Made by a program: the position numbers and the translations under genes. Source: a virus. From it: a stretch of DNA of 64,000 nucleotides. The stretch is taken from IMG/VR virus record IMGVR_UViG_3300050821_017626, positions 1-64,000 of that record, one strand, 5' to 3'. This document shows, in pieces, positions 52,882 to 63,228 of the stretch. Numbering within the stretch: the first letter of the stretch is position 1; every line of letters starts with the position of its first letter. The notes under the pieces are model-generated. The model saw nothing but the letters and a program-made list of their open reading frames with translations, was not told the DNA's origin and did not search any database.

Positions 52882-53397
52882 CCGAAGCCGAATGCCTGGA
52901 ACTGGTCTACCGACTGATTGCAGACAGCACAGATGGGATGACCGAGGAAGAAATTCAACGGATCGTTGACTGGGTGCATATTGTTCGTTCCGACAGTATG
53001 GTGTTGAAGTTGTTTTATGCGGGTAAGGTTCGATTGTATTGGCCTGATGGTGGGGAATTGATGATTGGGCTGCGGGAGAAAGCGTGATGGAATGCGCCAA
53101 CTGCGGCGGCATAATCCAGTCTGTGGATGACGTAGAGTTTCATAAAGGCCGCTGTCTTGATTATCTGTATGTGCCCGCCGAAGATTTGGCGGACGTTCTC
53201 AAAGTGATTGGGCAAGCGTTAAGCGTCACAGCGCATAGCCCGGCAAAATGTGGAAATCGAGTGTGGGAGAGGCTTAACCGGTGGTGCGCGGTGAGGAAAG
53301 CAACCCGGAAATGACGGAGTTGACAGGGCAGGTGTATAATAGTAGAGACCAATTTTGATTTTTCAGCAACTGCTATCATACAAGGGAGACCACCGCC

Positions 53398-53778
53398 ATG
53401 TTTGATTGTCCGAACATGTATTCCGGCAAGCCGATGGGCGACTACATGGATACGGCCGAGACGATTCCGGGTGTCTCGGTTCCGCCTGCGCCGATGTCGC
53501 ACCCGGAGTATGGCCATGCGCCCGGTCCCTGGCCGGAGCAGATGGGGGTAATGGGCGGCGGTGGCTGGGCGGACGAGGTGCTGCCGAAGGGACCGGAGCA
53601 CGGCAAGGGCCTCTGGATGGCCCCTATCGGTGTTGATGGAGAGCATTTTAACGAGGAGATCCCGGTCGAGAAGCCTTACTTTGGAACCGAGTACGTCGGA
53701 ACTGATGGTATTCTTAAAACGGTGATGGATTGGGATGATCGCTATCTGGAACATCGCCGGATGACGGATACTCACTAG
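53398..53778 (+). CDS. Acidic Pro/Gly-rich hypothetical protein
   Basis: AGGGAG RBS and upstream TATAAT. Confidence 0.55.
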   Translation: MFDCPNMYSGKPMGDYMDTAETIPGVSVPPAPMSHPEYGHAPGPWPEQMGVMGGGGWADEVLPKGPEHGKGLWMAPIGVDGEHFNEEIPVEKPYFGTEYVGTDGILKTVMDWDDRYLEHRRMTDTH

Positions 53779-54310
53779 CGAAGATACGGGAGGTTCACAT
53801 GAGTTGCCTATCCGTCATCGCTGTCTTCGTATTGTTCCTGTGGCTCCTCGGCTTTTCATTCCACCTGGGAAGTTTGATCCATTTGCTTCTTTTTGTGGCA
53901 TTGGTCGTTTTTGTTGCGGATATTTTGCGTAGTGGGAGCCGGTAGGAGATTTTCGCGCAGCAGGGGGTTGGAGCTTGGGCGCCTGAGGGTTCAGGCGCCC
54001 ATTTTTTCTACGAAGCCACTTCTTCAGACAGCCCCTCGTTCTCCTCTTCCTCTGTTGGACTGGGATGGAACTCAAATCGAGCTGCGACTTCGGGATCTTC
54101 GGTGATGAGCAGGGCGTAGTCGTCAGCGGTGCCGGTGCAGTCGGCTAGGTATATACCAGCCTTTTTCATCTCTTCCAGTTGGTCGGCGCCTCGGCGTAGA
54201 CCGTTGATCATGTCGTCGATGGATTCAGCATCGGACGTAATCCATTTATTCCTCCAAGTCATTTCCCACATTGGTTTCTCCTTTCGAAAGTAGATATCCA
54301 GTGTTTACGA

Positions 54311-54327
54311 TGCAAGATGTGTGCCAA
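54311..54327 (-). promoter_or_regulatory. sigma54-type motif
   Basis: TTGGCACACATCTTGCA upstream of 54008-54271. Confidence 0.65.
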
Positions 54328-54328
54328 T

Positions 54329-55231
54329 CTATAGGTCCCACACCTGCGTTACGTCTTTTAGTTTGCGGAGAGTGTCCTGAGTGTACTTCATGAATTCTTG
54401 ATCTAGGTTCAATTTGGATCGGCCAGGGTTGATTGGAAACTGAAGGCGGTATGTCAGCCAATCAAGGGCAACGTCTACTTGCTGTTGTTTTTCAATCAGG
54501 TATGGGCGCATAGCTTTTAGCATGTAGTAGCTACTTTCAATTGAAGCAATACAGGCTTGGTGCATGGGTTTGTGGTTTTCGGTCTTTGTTTTATGATTGG
54601 TGTTCCTAGTTATGCTTCCGCCAAACGCGGCAGTATAGTCTTCTAGGATTGGGAGACAAGCAGAACTTACTTGAATTAACAGTCGCAGGCTATTCTTCCC
54701 GCGCTGATAATCGGTGGTCACCGACCCCTCGCCGTCGTAATGTCCTGCGAAATACTGGTTTGTGCAAGGATTAATGGTCTTTCCTTCAAAACGGCCGCTA
54801 GTTTTGTCTCCGTTGAGTGCTATTAATGTAGAATAAGTTTTTTGCGCGACATCTGGGTTCATTGGGATGTTGTTAGCGGATACGGGCCATTGTAAGCGAT
54901 AGTATAGGTAACGGAGGGCTGTTTCAATCTGATCCAGTTTCTCAAACGCGTACGGTTTTATGGTTTCAAGAAAGCGCTTTGTTTCCAACAAACCTTGCGA
55001 TGACCACTGGTGGGCAAGTGTTCTGTTCTGTTCCTTGTCTTTTTCCGTATGGTTTACTTTCGTTATGCATCCTCCAAAAGCGTCCTTGTAGATTGAAATA
55101 TTGGGGAGACAGACGCCAGGGACAGCGCAGCAAAGAAATAATGTCTTTTTATTTGGTCTCAATCTACAGCTTATACTACCTTCCGCATCAAAATGGCCCG
55201 CAAAGTACTTGGCACTAGGAGTTTGTGACAT
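54329..55231 (-). CDS. Double-motif LAGLIDADG homing endonuclease
   Basis: YFAGHFDAEGSI and YFAGHYDGEGSV, each followed by a ..EK..Q helix; more AT-rich than its neighbours. Confidence 0.85.
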   Translation of the reverse strand: MSQTPSAKYFAGHFDAEGSISCRLRPNKKTLFLCCAVPGVCLPNISIYKDAFGGCITKVNHTEKDKEQNRTLAHQWSSQGLLETKRFLETIKPYAFEKLDQIETALRYLYYRLQWPVSANNIPMNPDVAQKTYSTLIALNGDKTSGRFEGKTINPCTNQYFAGHYDGEGSVTTDYQRGKNSLRLLIQVSSACLPILEDYTAAFGGSITRNTNHKTKTENHKPMHQACIASIESSYYMLKAMRPYLIEKQQQVDVALDWLTYRLQFPINPGRSKLNLDQEFMKYTQDTLRKLKDVTQVWDL

Positions 55232-55326
55232 CTGTTTCCCTCTCCACGATCTAACTTGTGCCGTTATTGGCTACACTCATAGTAGCATAAACCGTGCCAA
55301 ATAAAGGGTTTGGAGCTATATTACTG

Positions 55327-57102
55327 ATGGCAAAACCAAATACGAATCCGGGAACAGATATCTCCCCCATCCCTAGCCAAACTCCGTTGCCAACCATTGG
55401 TTTCATCAGGAAGCTTACGCAACGCATTACTACCATACTGCTTGGCCGGGACATAACCACGTATCCACAGGTCCTTGGGAACACATCTGAGACTGGCGCT
55501 TCCGACGCAAGCTACCAAAGCTTCACGAACCCTTTCTGGAGAATTAACTACGAAAGGCGTTCCATAGCCATGGATTTGAGGGATCAAGACATGAACGACC
55601 CTCTTATTTCCACGGCGCTAGATGTGATTGCGGACTGCGCCACAGGCATGGAAAATCCTGCAGAAGACGCCTTCATGTGGCAGTTCGATCAGAACAACCC
55701 TGCTGCCGAGAAAATTCTGCAAGAGATGAAGATACGCACGGATTTGGGGCATGAATGTTGGCGTATCGTTCGTGGGTTTGTCCGTGACGGGGAAGAGTTT
55801 CGTGAGGTCGTGGCGGATGAATCCTATACCATACGTCGCTTTAAGTTCCTCCCCAATTATCAAGTGACCCCTTCTCTTGACCCTTACGGCAATAAAAGTC
55901 CGGGGTGGGAGCAACGCTTAGACGGTGCGAATTTCGGGCGCCCTATTCTGTTTGCCGAATGGCAGATATGCCCTTTCATCTATGGAGCCCGACGAGGGTA
56001 CTACGGAACGGGCTTGATGATGCCAGCCCGAAGGACCTGGAAACGCCTTACCAAGATGGAAGACGGTATGGCGATGGCTCGTATGATACGGGCTTATGAT
56101 CGTCTTGTTCACCATATTCCTGTCAAAGAGGAGTGGGACGAGCGGCGGCAACTCGATAAGGTGCGCAATTACTATCAATCTATACTCCGTAGGCGCGGCA
56201 TTGATCAGGACAACAACCTATTCTGGCGTGAGAATCCCTATCAGGTAGAAACGGACTTCTTTCTTCCGCAGGACGGCAGCGAGAGAGCCAAGATAGAGAT
56301 TCTTGAGTCGAAGAACAATCAGTTGATGAATATCGACGACGTTCTTTATCATCAAGCGTTATTGTTGGCTAGAACAAAGGTGCCCGCAAAGTATCTCAAT
56401 TTGGTACGTAAGTCAGGCGCCCTCATCGATGCCAACCTTTCCGCTGAGGACATTCAGTTCGCTCGCACCCTTCGCCAAGTGCAGGCCGTCCTCCGCCAAG
56501 GACTTCTTCGTCTAGCCCACTACGCACTTGCGTTTCAGGGTTATGATGCTGACGCCATCGGAGTAGGGGTGATTCTTCCAAAGATTTCAACGGAAGATCA
56601 ACTCCGCGACGCTAAAATTCAGTTCACCGCCTCGCAAGCAGCTCTTACCTTTTCACAGGTACTTCCCCACGGCCTGCCACCCGACCTGATTGCTAACAAG
56701 TACATGTCGCTCGGCCCCGACGACAAAAAGATCCTCGCCGAATGGATCGCCGCCGGAGACGAGACCCATGCCGAACTCCATCGCCAGATGGGCATCATCA
56801 TCCCTGATAGCAAAATTCCAGGCGCCCCTGGAGCCCAGAACTTCAAACCCTTCGCCAAACCCGGCATGGCCGGCGATGATGGGGGCGACGACGAGGATGG
56901 AGATGGCGGAGACGATGCTACCCAGAGCCAGGTAACCCTGGATCAGGTGGCGCAATCGCTGACCAATCTGCAACTTCTGGCGCAGCAGGAGATGGAGAAG
57001 CGGGGCAGCCGGTTCAAAGTAGGTCGTGCCGAGCGTCTCGACAACACCCGGCGGATTCTCCAAGAAATCATGGATGAGGGCCATGCTGGCAGCACTCTCT
57101 AA
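55327..57102 (+). CDS. Portal protein (T4 gp20-like)
   Basis: EDGMAMARMIRAYDR, DFFLP, IDDVLY..L..KVP and EDIQFAR motifs. Confidence 0.8.
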   Translation: MAKPNTNPGTDISPIPSQTPLPTIGFIRKLTQRITTILLGRDITTYPQVLGNTSETGASDASYQSFTNPFWRINYERRSIAMDLRDQDMNDPLISTALDVIADCATGMENPAEDAFMWQFDQNNPAAEKILQEMKIRTDLGHECWRIVRGFVRDGEEFREVVADESYTIRRFKFLPNYQVTPSLDPYGNKSPGWEQRLDGANFGRPILFAEWQICPFIYGARRGYYGTGLMMPARRTWKRLTKMEDGMAMARMIRAYDRLVHHIPVKEEWDERRQLDKVRNYYQSILRRRGIDQDNNLFWRENPYQVETDFFLPQDGSERAKIEILESKNNQLMNIDDVLYHQALLLARTKVPAKYLNLVRKSGALIDANLSAEDIQFARTLRQVQAVLRQGLLRLAHYALAFQGYDADAIGVGVILPKISTEDQLRDAKIQFTASQAALTFSQVLPHGLPPDLIANKYMSLGPDDKKILAEWIAAGDETHAELHRQMGIIIPDSKIPGAPGAQNFKPFAKPGMAGDDGGDDEDGDGGDDATQSQVTLDQVAQSLTNLQLLAQQEMEKRGSRFKVGRAERLDNTRRILQEIMDEGHAGSTL

Positions 57103-58087
57103 TCGCCAACTCACTCTGCTCTATCAGCAACTCGACCTAACGCGCCGCCAATACCACCTTCTGCTGCAGTCGCGTCCACCGCGAAACAAGAGACGGGAAC
57201 GCGGAGCCTGGGTTAGGCCAGGCTTGAGTGAGAGTGCCCTGGCCCTGGAGACGCGCCTCCTGAAGAGCTACAACAATCTTGGCAGCGATCTGCTGAAGTC
57301 GCTCTCCGGTCCGATGGATGATATATCCTCGGGCCGGATGCTCCAGGCCAAGAAGATCGGCACCCATCGCCAGGAAGAGGAAGACGCCCTGAAGTTCTTC
57401 GGGGTGGATGAGGACGAGATCGACCAGCCGGTGGACAAGAACCGTCTCCCGGCTCTTCTCGCGCTCCTTGCCCTCTGGAAGACACGCCACTTGGCGATCA
57501 GTGATGCGGCCATCTCGGAGGAGTTTCAGCGAGGGCGAACTAAGGCGCTGGCCGCTGCAAAGCGGCCCAACGCTTCCTCGCAGCCGGACACGGCCGCGCT
57601 GGAACATGCGGTTCTGGCGAAGTTCGAGGGCGATATCGACCGGCTGGAGGCTGGGCTTCGAGATGGGACTGTAAGGTCGTATGGCATTCAGTGGATCTTG
57701 GAAAACAGCGCAAGTATCGGCCAGGCGGCTGCCTATACGAGGAGGCTCCTAGACGCCGAATCCTTCCGCGTTTCGATGCTGGCCGAAGCGGCTACCTGGG
57801 ATGCGTTTCGCAGTGGGGAAAGAGCTGGCGCTGTGGAGGCGTCAAGAAGCATCCTCGCTGCGCTCGGCCACCCTTTTCCGCAGTTGGCCACCGATTTGAC
57901 GGACGATGAAAAAGAAGAACTGCCGCGCTACGCATGGTCTGGGCCACAGGATTCAGTAACCTGCGGGCCTTGCAGCGGTCATGCCGGAATTGTAGTTTAC
58001 GCTCTTTCTCTCGATGCTCTTCCTGACCCAACCTCAATATGTGATTACGGTCGTAATTGTAGACATTCATGGGAGATTGTCTCCTGA
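57083..58087 (+). CDS. Head morphogenesis / minor head protein (Mu gpF, SPP1 gp7-like)
   Basis: Follows the portal; C-terminal W..D..TCGPC...NCRH. Confidence 0.6.
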   Translation: MLAALSNRQLTLLYQQLDLTRRQYHLLLQSRPPRNKRRERGAWVRPGLSESALALETRLLKSYNNLGSDLLKSLSGPMDDISSGRMLQAKKIGTHRQEEEDALKFFGVDEDEIDQPVDKNRLPALLALLALWKTRHLAISDAAISEEFQRGRTKALAAAKRPNASSQPDTAALEHAVLAKFEGDIDRLEAGLRDGTVRSYGIQWILENSASIGQAAAYTRRLLDAESFRVSMLAEAATWDAFRSGERAGAVEASRSILAALGHPFPQLATDLTDDEKEELPRYAWSGPQDSVTCGPCSGHAGIVVYALSLDALPDPTSICDYGRNCRHSWEIVS

Positions 58088-58181
58088 AATGCTCTGTTGT
58101 CACCACTCGGTATAATAAATAGGGAGCCCTGTTTCCCCTCCTTTTTCCCCGCCTCACCCTGCCGCACGAGGGCCTTTTCCG

Positions 58182-61166
58182 ATGCCTCTCCCCGAGAGAA
58201 CCGTAAAAATAGTCGATGCTAGTGGCAACGACATTAATTCACTGAATCCGCTTCCCACAACGGGCGGAGGCGGCGGTGGTGGTGGCACGTCTCAGGCGGA
58301 CAACAGCACCTTTACTGAAGGGACTACAAGCGTCACCCCGATTGCCGGTGAATACAATACCTCGGCAGGCGCGGCCACCTCGGGAAAAGCGGCAGCGGTT
58401 CAGATCACCCAGAATCGTGGCCTCCACATCAATCTCCGCAACGCGGCCGGGACGGAAATTGGCACGGTGGCCAACCCAGTGCAGGTGGCCGGAATCAGTG
58501 GCGGCGGGTCCTCTTCGGTTTTTGCCTCTCAGGTGGGAACCTGGAATGTTGGCATCACGGGCACAGCAGCCGTTACCCAGTCGGGAGGCTGGACGGTCTC
58601 CGCCAACCAGGGAACCGCAGCCGCTAAGTCTTCCGCGTGGCCGTTTATCCTTACCGACAGCGTTCAGAATCAGGCGGGTATCACTGCAGCCGGGGCGCTC
58701 AAGGTCGACGGCAGCGCTGTTACGCAGCCGGTATCAGGGACGGTGACAGCCAACGCTGGCAGCGGAACTTTCACTGTTGGTGGAACGGTGACGGCAAATG
58801 CGGGTTCAGGCACTTTCGCCATTCAGGCCACTGCTGGGGCGCCTGCCTCCGCGCAGCTTTCTGATGGTGCTGCCTTCTATGTTGCCGCAAAAACGGGACA
58901 ACTCCCGACCGCTTTGACGGGCAGCGGCAATTTGAAGGTATCGCTGGCAGAAAGCACGGCAACGCAAGCCGTTAGCGGGACCATCACGGCTAACCAGGGA
59001 ACGGCGGGTGGATCTTCCTGGCCGGTAGCCTTGCCGGGCACCGTTTCTGCGGTCAACTCCACGACCGTTACTCTCCCTAGCAGCAGCGTTTTTACCGGAA
59101 CGTCCGAAGACATTTCCGGCTTTGCCTCTGTGGCCGTTTCGGTATTTACCGACCAGAACAGTGCGGCCGGCGGTCTTTCCCCACAGTTCTCCTCAGATGG
59201 CACCCACTGGGATTTCGCTGGCTCCCACACGATCTCTTCTTCGATTGGACAGGTATTTACCTGGCCGGCACAGGCTCGTTTCTGGCGAATTGTCTACACG
59301 AATGGAGCACAAACGCAAGGAACGTTCCGCCTGCAGACGGTTTATCATCCTGTTGAGATCAGTCCGGCTACCCGCTACACTTTGCAGGATGGGGATGCTA
59401 ACGTTAGCACCATGCGGTTCGGTGCCAACCTTTGTGCCCTGAACACTTCGTCACAGTGGGATCGGATGCGGGGGTCGGTTACAGGAGGCTTGTGGGTTCA
59501 GGGTCCGGCGGTAACCGGAGCGCCGGTTGCTGGGAACCCAGTCTATGTGGGTGGTAAGGATGGGAGTGGAAACCTACAACCGTTCACCATTGCCAACAGT
59601 CGCCTCGACGTAAACGTTGGTAAAATTCCCGGCACCATTTCCGCAGTCAACTCCTCGACGGCAACCTTGACCTCCGGCTCCGCTTTTACTGGCACTTCGG
59701 AAGATGTGTCGGGATATGGGTCGATCACGATCAACGTTTTCGCGGATCAATCCTCGGCCGCAGGTGGTCTCTCTCTACAGTTTTCTTCAGACGGGACCCA
59801 TTGGGATGTCTCAATGGGCCTTACTGTAACTTTGAATGTGGGAGCGTCCTACACTGTTGCTCCCGAGGCTCAGTTCTTTAGGGTTGTATATACGAACGGC
59901 GGCACCAACCAGGGAACATTCCGGCTGCAGACGGTTTACCACCAGACAACGGCTCAGCAGTATACATTCTTCCAAGATGTAAACGCCTCCATAAACCCCA
60001 CTGCAGCGGGTCAGCGAGTGATGGCTGATCTTCTTATTCAAGATCCCGTGGGCGGGGTGACGAACCGGGCGCGAGCGGCGATTGCGTTGGTAGCGGGCGT
60101 GGGTGGTGGAGCGCACCTGGGGCAGGCAGCGGCTCTTTACGATATCAGTTCCACTAAATTTTGGCCGATGGAGAATACTCCTTCGGTGACGGCTACAACG
60201 GGGCAGAACCTGCTGGGCGTCGGGCCTTGCCTTTGGGATCTTGTGGGCACCACGAACTTCGTCAAGCAGGCCGGTGATGGTTCCGGGAGGACCATGGTGG
60301 TGGGGCCGGCGGCTATCGGCGCGGCGGCAGCAGCGAACCCGGTTCTTCCAGGCATAACTGATGCCAGCGGCAACGTGCAGTATGTCAAGCAGACTACGGC
60401 AGTTACCGGGACGACGGGTTTGGGGCTGGCGGCGGCGGGACCGTGCCTTTGGGATCTTGTGGGCACCACGAGCTTTGTGAAGCAGGCGGGAGATGGGTCG
60501 GGCCGGGCAATGGTAGTTGGTGCGGCAGCGGCGGGTTCAGCGGTGGCAGGGAACCCGGTGCTCCTGGCCGGCAGTGATAATACCAACGCTCAAACTCTGT
60601 CCACGACAACCACTTCTGGCGCAGCTATCCCCAACAACGGCAAGGGCATCTTGGCGACTGCCTTGTGCAGCTTTCATAGCTCCAGCACCTATTTCCCAGC
60701 GGGCGATTTCCAGGCAGATGGAAACAACTCACAGGGGATGATCGGGGCGCAGCCTCTCATTTATAATGGCGTCAACTGGGATCGGCCCCGGAACAACGTC
60801 GATGTTACTCTGCTGGCCTCCGCCGCGCGCACTACCACGCAGACGAGCGCGGATATCGTGGCCTATAATTGCCAGGCCATTATCTTGACTCTTGATGTCA
60901 CCGCTACGGGTGGCACGATAAGTTTGACACCGACGATCAATTATAAAGACCCCGCAAGCGGGAAGTACATTCAATTGCTGGCCGGAACCACCGTGGCGGC
61001 AACAGGAACGACAACGTATGTGATCGATCCGAGGTTGGTGAGCGGAACCCCTCCCTGGACGAAGACGGTTCCTTCGGCGTTAGGTAGGATCTTCCAGGTG
61101 GTAATTACGGTTGGAAATGCGAATTCACAGACCTACAGCGTAGGTTATACGCTGGTGCCCACATAA
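58182..61166 (+). CDS. Large virion structural protein with internal repeats
   Basis: Gly/Ala/Thr/Ser-rich; duplicated ~110-aa module (PGT.SAVNS...FRLQTVYH) and duplicated GPCLWDLVGTT.FVKQAGDGSGR. Confidence 0.65.
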   Translation: MPLPERTVKIVDASGNDINSLNPLPTTGGGGGGGGTSQADNSTFTEGTTSVTPIAGEYNTSAGAATSGKAAAVQITQNRGLHINLRNAAGTEIGTVANPVQVAGISGGGSSSVFASQVGTWNVGITGTAAVTQSGGWTVSANQGTAAAKSSAWPFILTDSVQNQAGITAAGALKVDGSAVTQPVSGTVTANAGSGTFTVGGTVTANAGSGTFAIQATAGAPASAQLSDGAAFYVAAKTGQLPTALTGSGNLKVSLAESTATQAVSGTITANQGTAGGSSWPVALPGTVSAVNSTTVTLPSSSVFTGTSEDISGFASVAVSVFTDQNSAAGGLSPQFSSDGTHWDFAGSHTISSSIGQVFTWPAQARFWRIVYTNGAQTQGTFRLQTVYHPVEISPATRYTLQDGDANVSTMRFGANLCALNTSSQWDRMRGSVTGGLWVQGPAVTGAPVAGNPVYVGGKDGSGNLQPFTIANSRLDVNVGKIPGTISAVNSSTATLTSGSAFTGTSEDVSGYGSITINVFADQSSAAGGLSLQFSSDGTHWDVSMGLTVTLNVGASYTVAPEAQFFRVVYTNGGTNQGTFRLQTVYHQTTAQQYTFFQDVNASINPTAAGQRVMADLLIQDPVGGVTNRARAAIALVAGVGGGAHLGQAAALYDISSTKFWPMENTPSVTATTGQNLLGVGPCLWDLVGTTNFVKQAGDGSGRTMVVGPAAIGAAAAANPVLPGITDASGNVQYVKQTTAVTGTTGLGLAAAGPCLWDLVGTTSFVKQAGDGSGRAMVVGAAAAGSAVAGNPVLLAGSDNTNAQTLSTTTTSGAAIPNNGKGILATALCSFHSSSTYFPAGDFQADGNNSQGMIGAQPLIYNGVNWDRPRNNVDVTLLASAARTTTQTSADIVAYNCQAIILTLDVTATGGTISLTPTINYKDPASGKYIQLLAGTTVAATGTTTYVIDPRLVSGTPPWTKTVPSALGRIFQVVITVGNANSQTYSVGYTLVPT

Positions 61167-61182
61167 GGAGCAAAGATACACA

Positions 61183-62157
61183 ATGCAAGACGCAAACACT
61201 TACATCCATCTCACGCCTGCGAGCACTACGGTTAACGCGAAGATTGGGCCAGGCGCACTGCACACGGTCTCGATTAACGAGGTCGGTACCTCTATCGTGA
61301 CGATGTACGATGGCGTAGATGGCTCGGGAACGATCATCGCTAAGCTCGATCCAGGTGAGAAGAGGACATATATTTACGACGTAGGGTTTACGGTCGGCCT
61401 CTCTGTGGTCGTGGGTGCCGGTGCTGGCACTCTGGATGCGACTGTAAGTTTTCGCTAGGAGATACTATGCCCAGCAAAATCCTCCATGCCACCAAAGACA
61501 GGTCGGGCTACCACTTCCTGGTCCACCTCGACACCGCCATGACCGTGGGCTCGCACGAGGCGCACGAGTTGTCGCTGCCCGAAGGCGCGCCGCACCCGCA
61601 TTTCGTCAGGAAGTGGGACTTCGGCAATCTGACGCCGGGCGTCCACGTGCAGTATGGCAAGGACATGACCGAGAAGGAGTACCTGGCCTCGATCAAGGAG
61701 CACCTGGCCGAGCAGGTGGCTCTGGAACTGGAGGGCATCCGCTTCTATCAGCCTGCGGCCCCGAAACATGAGAAGGTGGAAGAACTCCACGGATTGGAGA
61801 TTTAAGATGGCCTTAACAGACTACCAAGCGGAAGCGTTACTCACGTCCACTCCCTTCCTGCAGCGTGTGGCGCTCAATCTCGGCATCATCTGCCAGAACA
61901 TCGAGAGCGAATCGGCGGGAACGGCGCTCCACGCGCAGCGCGTGCGATTGGCGAACCAGATCATCACCGGAACCGGGGGCAACCCTGCGTCGGCCCCCAT
62001 CGTGGCTGAGTTCGCGGAGCAGGTTCTTACGCAGCTCAACCTCTCGACCACGAGTCTGGTCACCGTCAATGGGGTCGCCAATGCTGATGTGGACACCACC
62101 GACGCAAGTTTGCAAACTGTAATATCTAGCATTTACAACGATTTTATCTCTAGCTGA
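61183..62157 (+). CDS. Three small probable virion genes (61183-61458, 61467-61805, 61807-62157)
   Basis: Co-oriented and closely spaced with RBSs; the first is a small beta-sandwich-like protein. Confidence 0.55.
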
Positions 62158-62271
62158 GATCGATTGTCCCGACTTGAAAGCCAGCGAGACCGGCAAGGGC
62201 CTCGCTGGCGGGCACGCGCATTTCGATCCTGCGCGTGCCAATCATACCACAGTTGCTTCTAAACTTTCAAG

Positions 62272-62715
62272 ATGAATCTGCAACCTCACGACCTCCATCT
62301 CGTCTTCAATCCCAAGACGAACCATCTGGCCATCTGGGACGCCAACCACCATCAGGTGCTAGCATGCGAGGCGCACAACCGAACGGTGGCTGATGGGCAG
62401 TTGGGTCATTTTGGCAATTGTCCCGCTGGGGAGTTCTTGCTAGGAGAACCAATAGTCAAGAATACGGTTCCTTTTGGGCCTTTCTTTATTCCAGTCCTTG
62501 ACTATCTCAACCACCATACGATGCGAGACTTTCATCGGGAAGGGATTGGTATCCATGGGGGCGGAAGCGGGCTGCCCCATCCCTTCATGGGGCGACAAGG
62601 CTGGGTCGAGACCGAGGGCTGCATCCGGGTTCAAAACGTAGACTTAGGATCAATTGTAACGTTGGTCAGAATAGCGCAGAAGAAAACCGGAAAGTGTTAC
62701 TTGACGGTTATTTGA
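62272..62715 (+). CDS. L,D-transpeptidase (YkuD)-like peptidoglycan enzyme
   Basis: GIGIHGG...TEGCIRV catalytic His/Cys motif. Confidence 0.75.
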   Translation: MNLQPHDLHLVFNPKTNHLAIWDANHHQVLACEAHNRTVADGQLGHFGNCPAGEFLLGEPIVKNTVPFGPFFIPVLDYLNHHTMRDFHREGIGIHGGGSGLPHPFMGRQGWVETEGCIRVQNVDLGSIVTLVRIAQKKTGKCYLTVI

Positions 62716-62745
62716 TGGGCACTTGATTCTGGAGGCTAAACCACC

Positions 62746-63183
62746 GTGTCTTTATTTGACGGTCTGATCAAAGATGTTCTCCCTTCCCTGGAAAAGGATG
62801 CCGCCGGTTCCTTGCTGAAGAACCTGGAATCCGTTGGCGAGGGGATTGCTCTGCACCGCGTGTCCGCCGAGGTTGCTCACATCGTGTTGAAATCGATTGA
62901 CGGTGTAGTCGCGGCTGCGGTGAAAACTCTTTCTGCCGAAGAGGCAACGAAGATCGGTGATGCCTATCTGGCCGAGATCGACACGCAGGTCATCAACCTG
63001 GGTGAAGCGCTGGCGCATTACATTCCGCTCCAGGCCGAGGTGGAGTTTGCTAAGCGAATCCATGGCAACAATTCGGCCGAGGCGAATGCAGCGCGAGCGG
63101 CCCGGCAGGTGGGGATAGACCTTATTCGGAAAGACATAGATCAGGCGTTCGGAGAACTTATTGGTAAACATTCGTCCGCCTGA
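62746..63183 (+). CDS. Hypothetical helical protein
   Basis: GGAGG RBS and GTG start. Confidence 0.55.
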   Translation: MSLFDGLIKDVLPSLEKDAAGSLLKNLESVGEGIALHRVSAEVAHIVLKSIDGVVAAAVKTLSAEEATKIGDAYLAEIDTQVINLGEALAHYIPLQAEVEFAKRIHGNNSAEANAARAARQVGIDLIRKDIDQAFGELIGKHSSA

Positions 63184-63228
63184 GATGAGCCCCGTTGAGC
63201 GTTCGTTGAATGACACAGGAGATCCGCC

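Noticed and set aside
54329-55231. LAGLIDADG as part of an intein or group I intron
   Set aside because: It has its own start and stop, lies opposite the portal, and interrupts no visible gene.
60220-60520. Repeat pair as a diversity-generating retroelement TR/VR
   Set aside because: Both copies are in frame in one gene, differences are not adenine-specific, and no reverse transcriptase is present.
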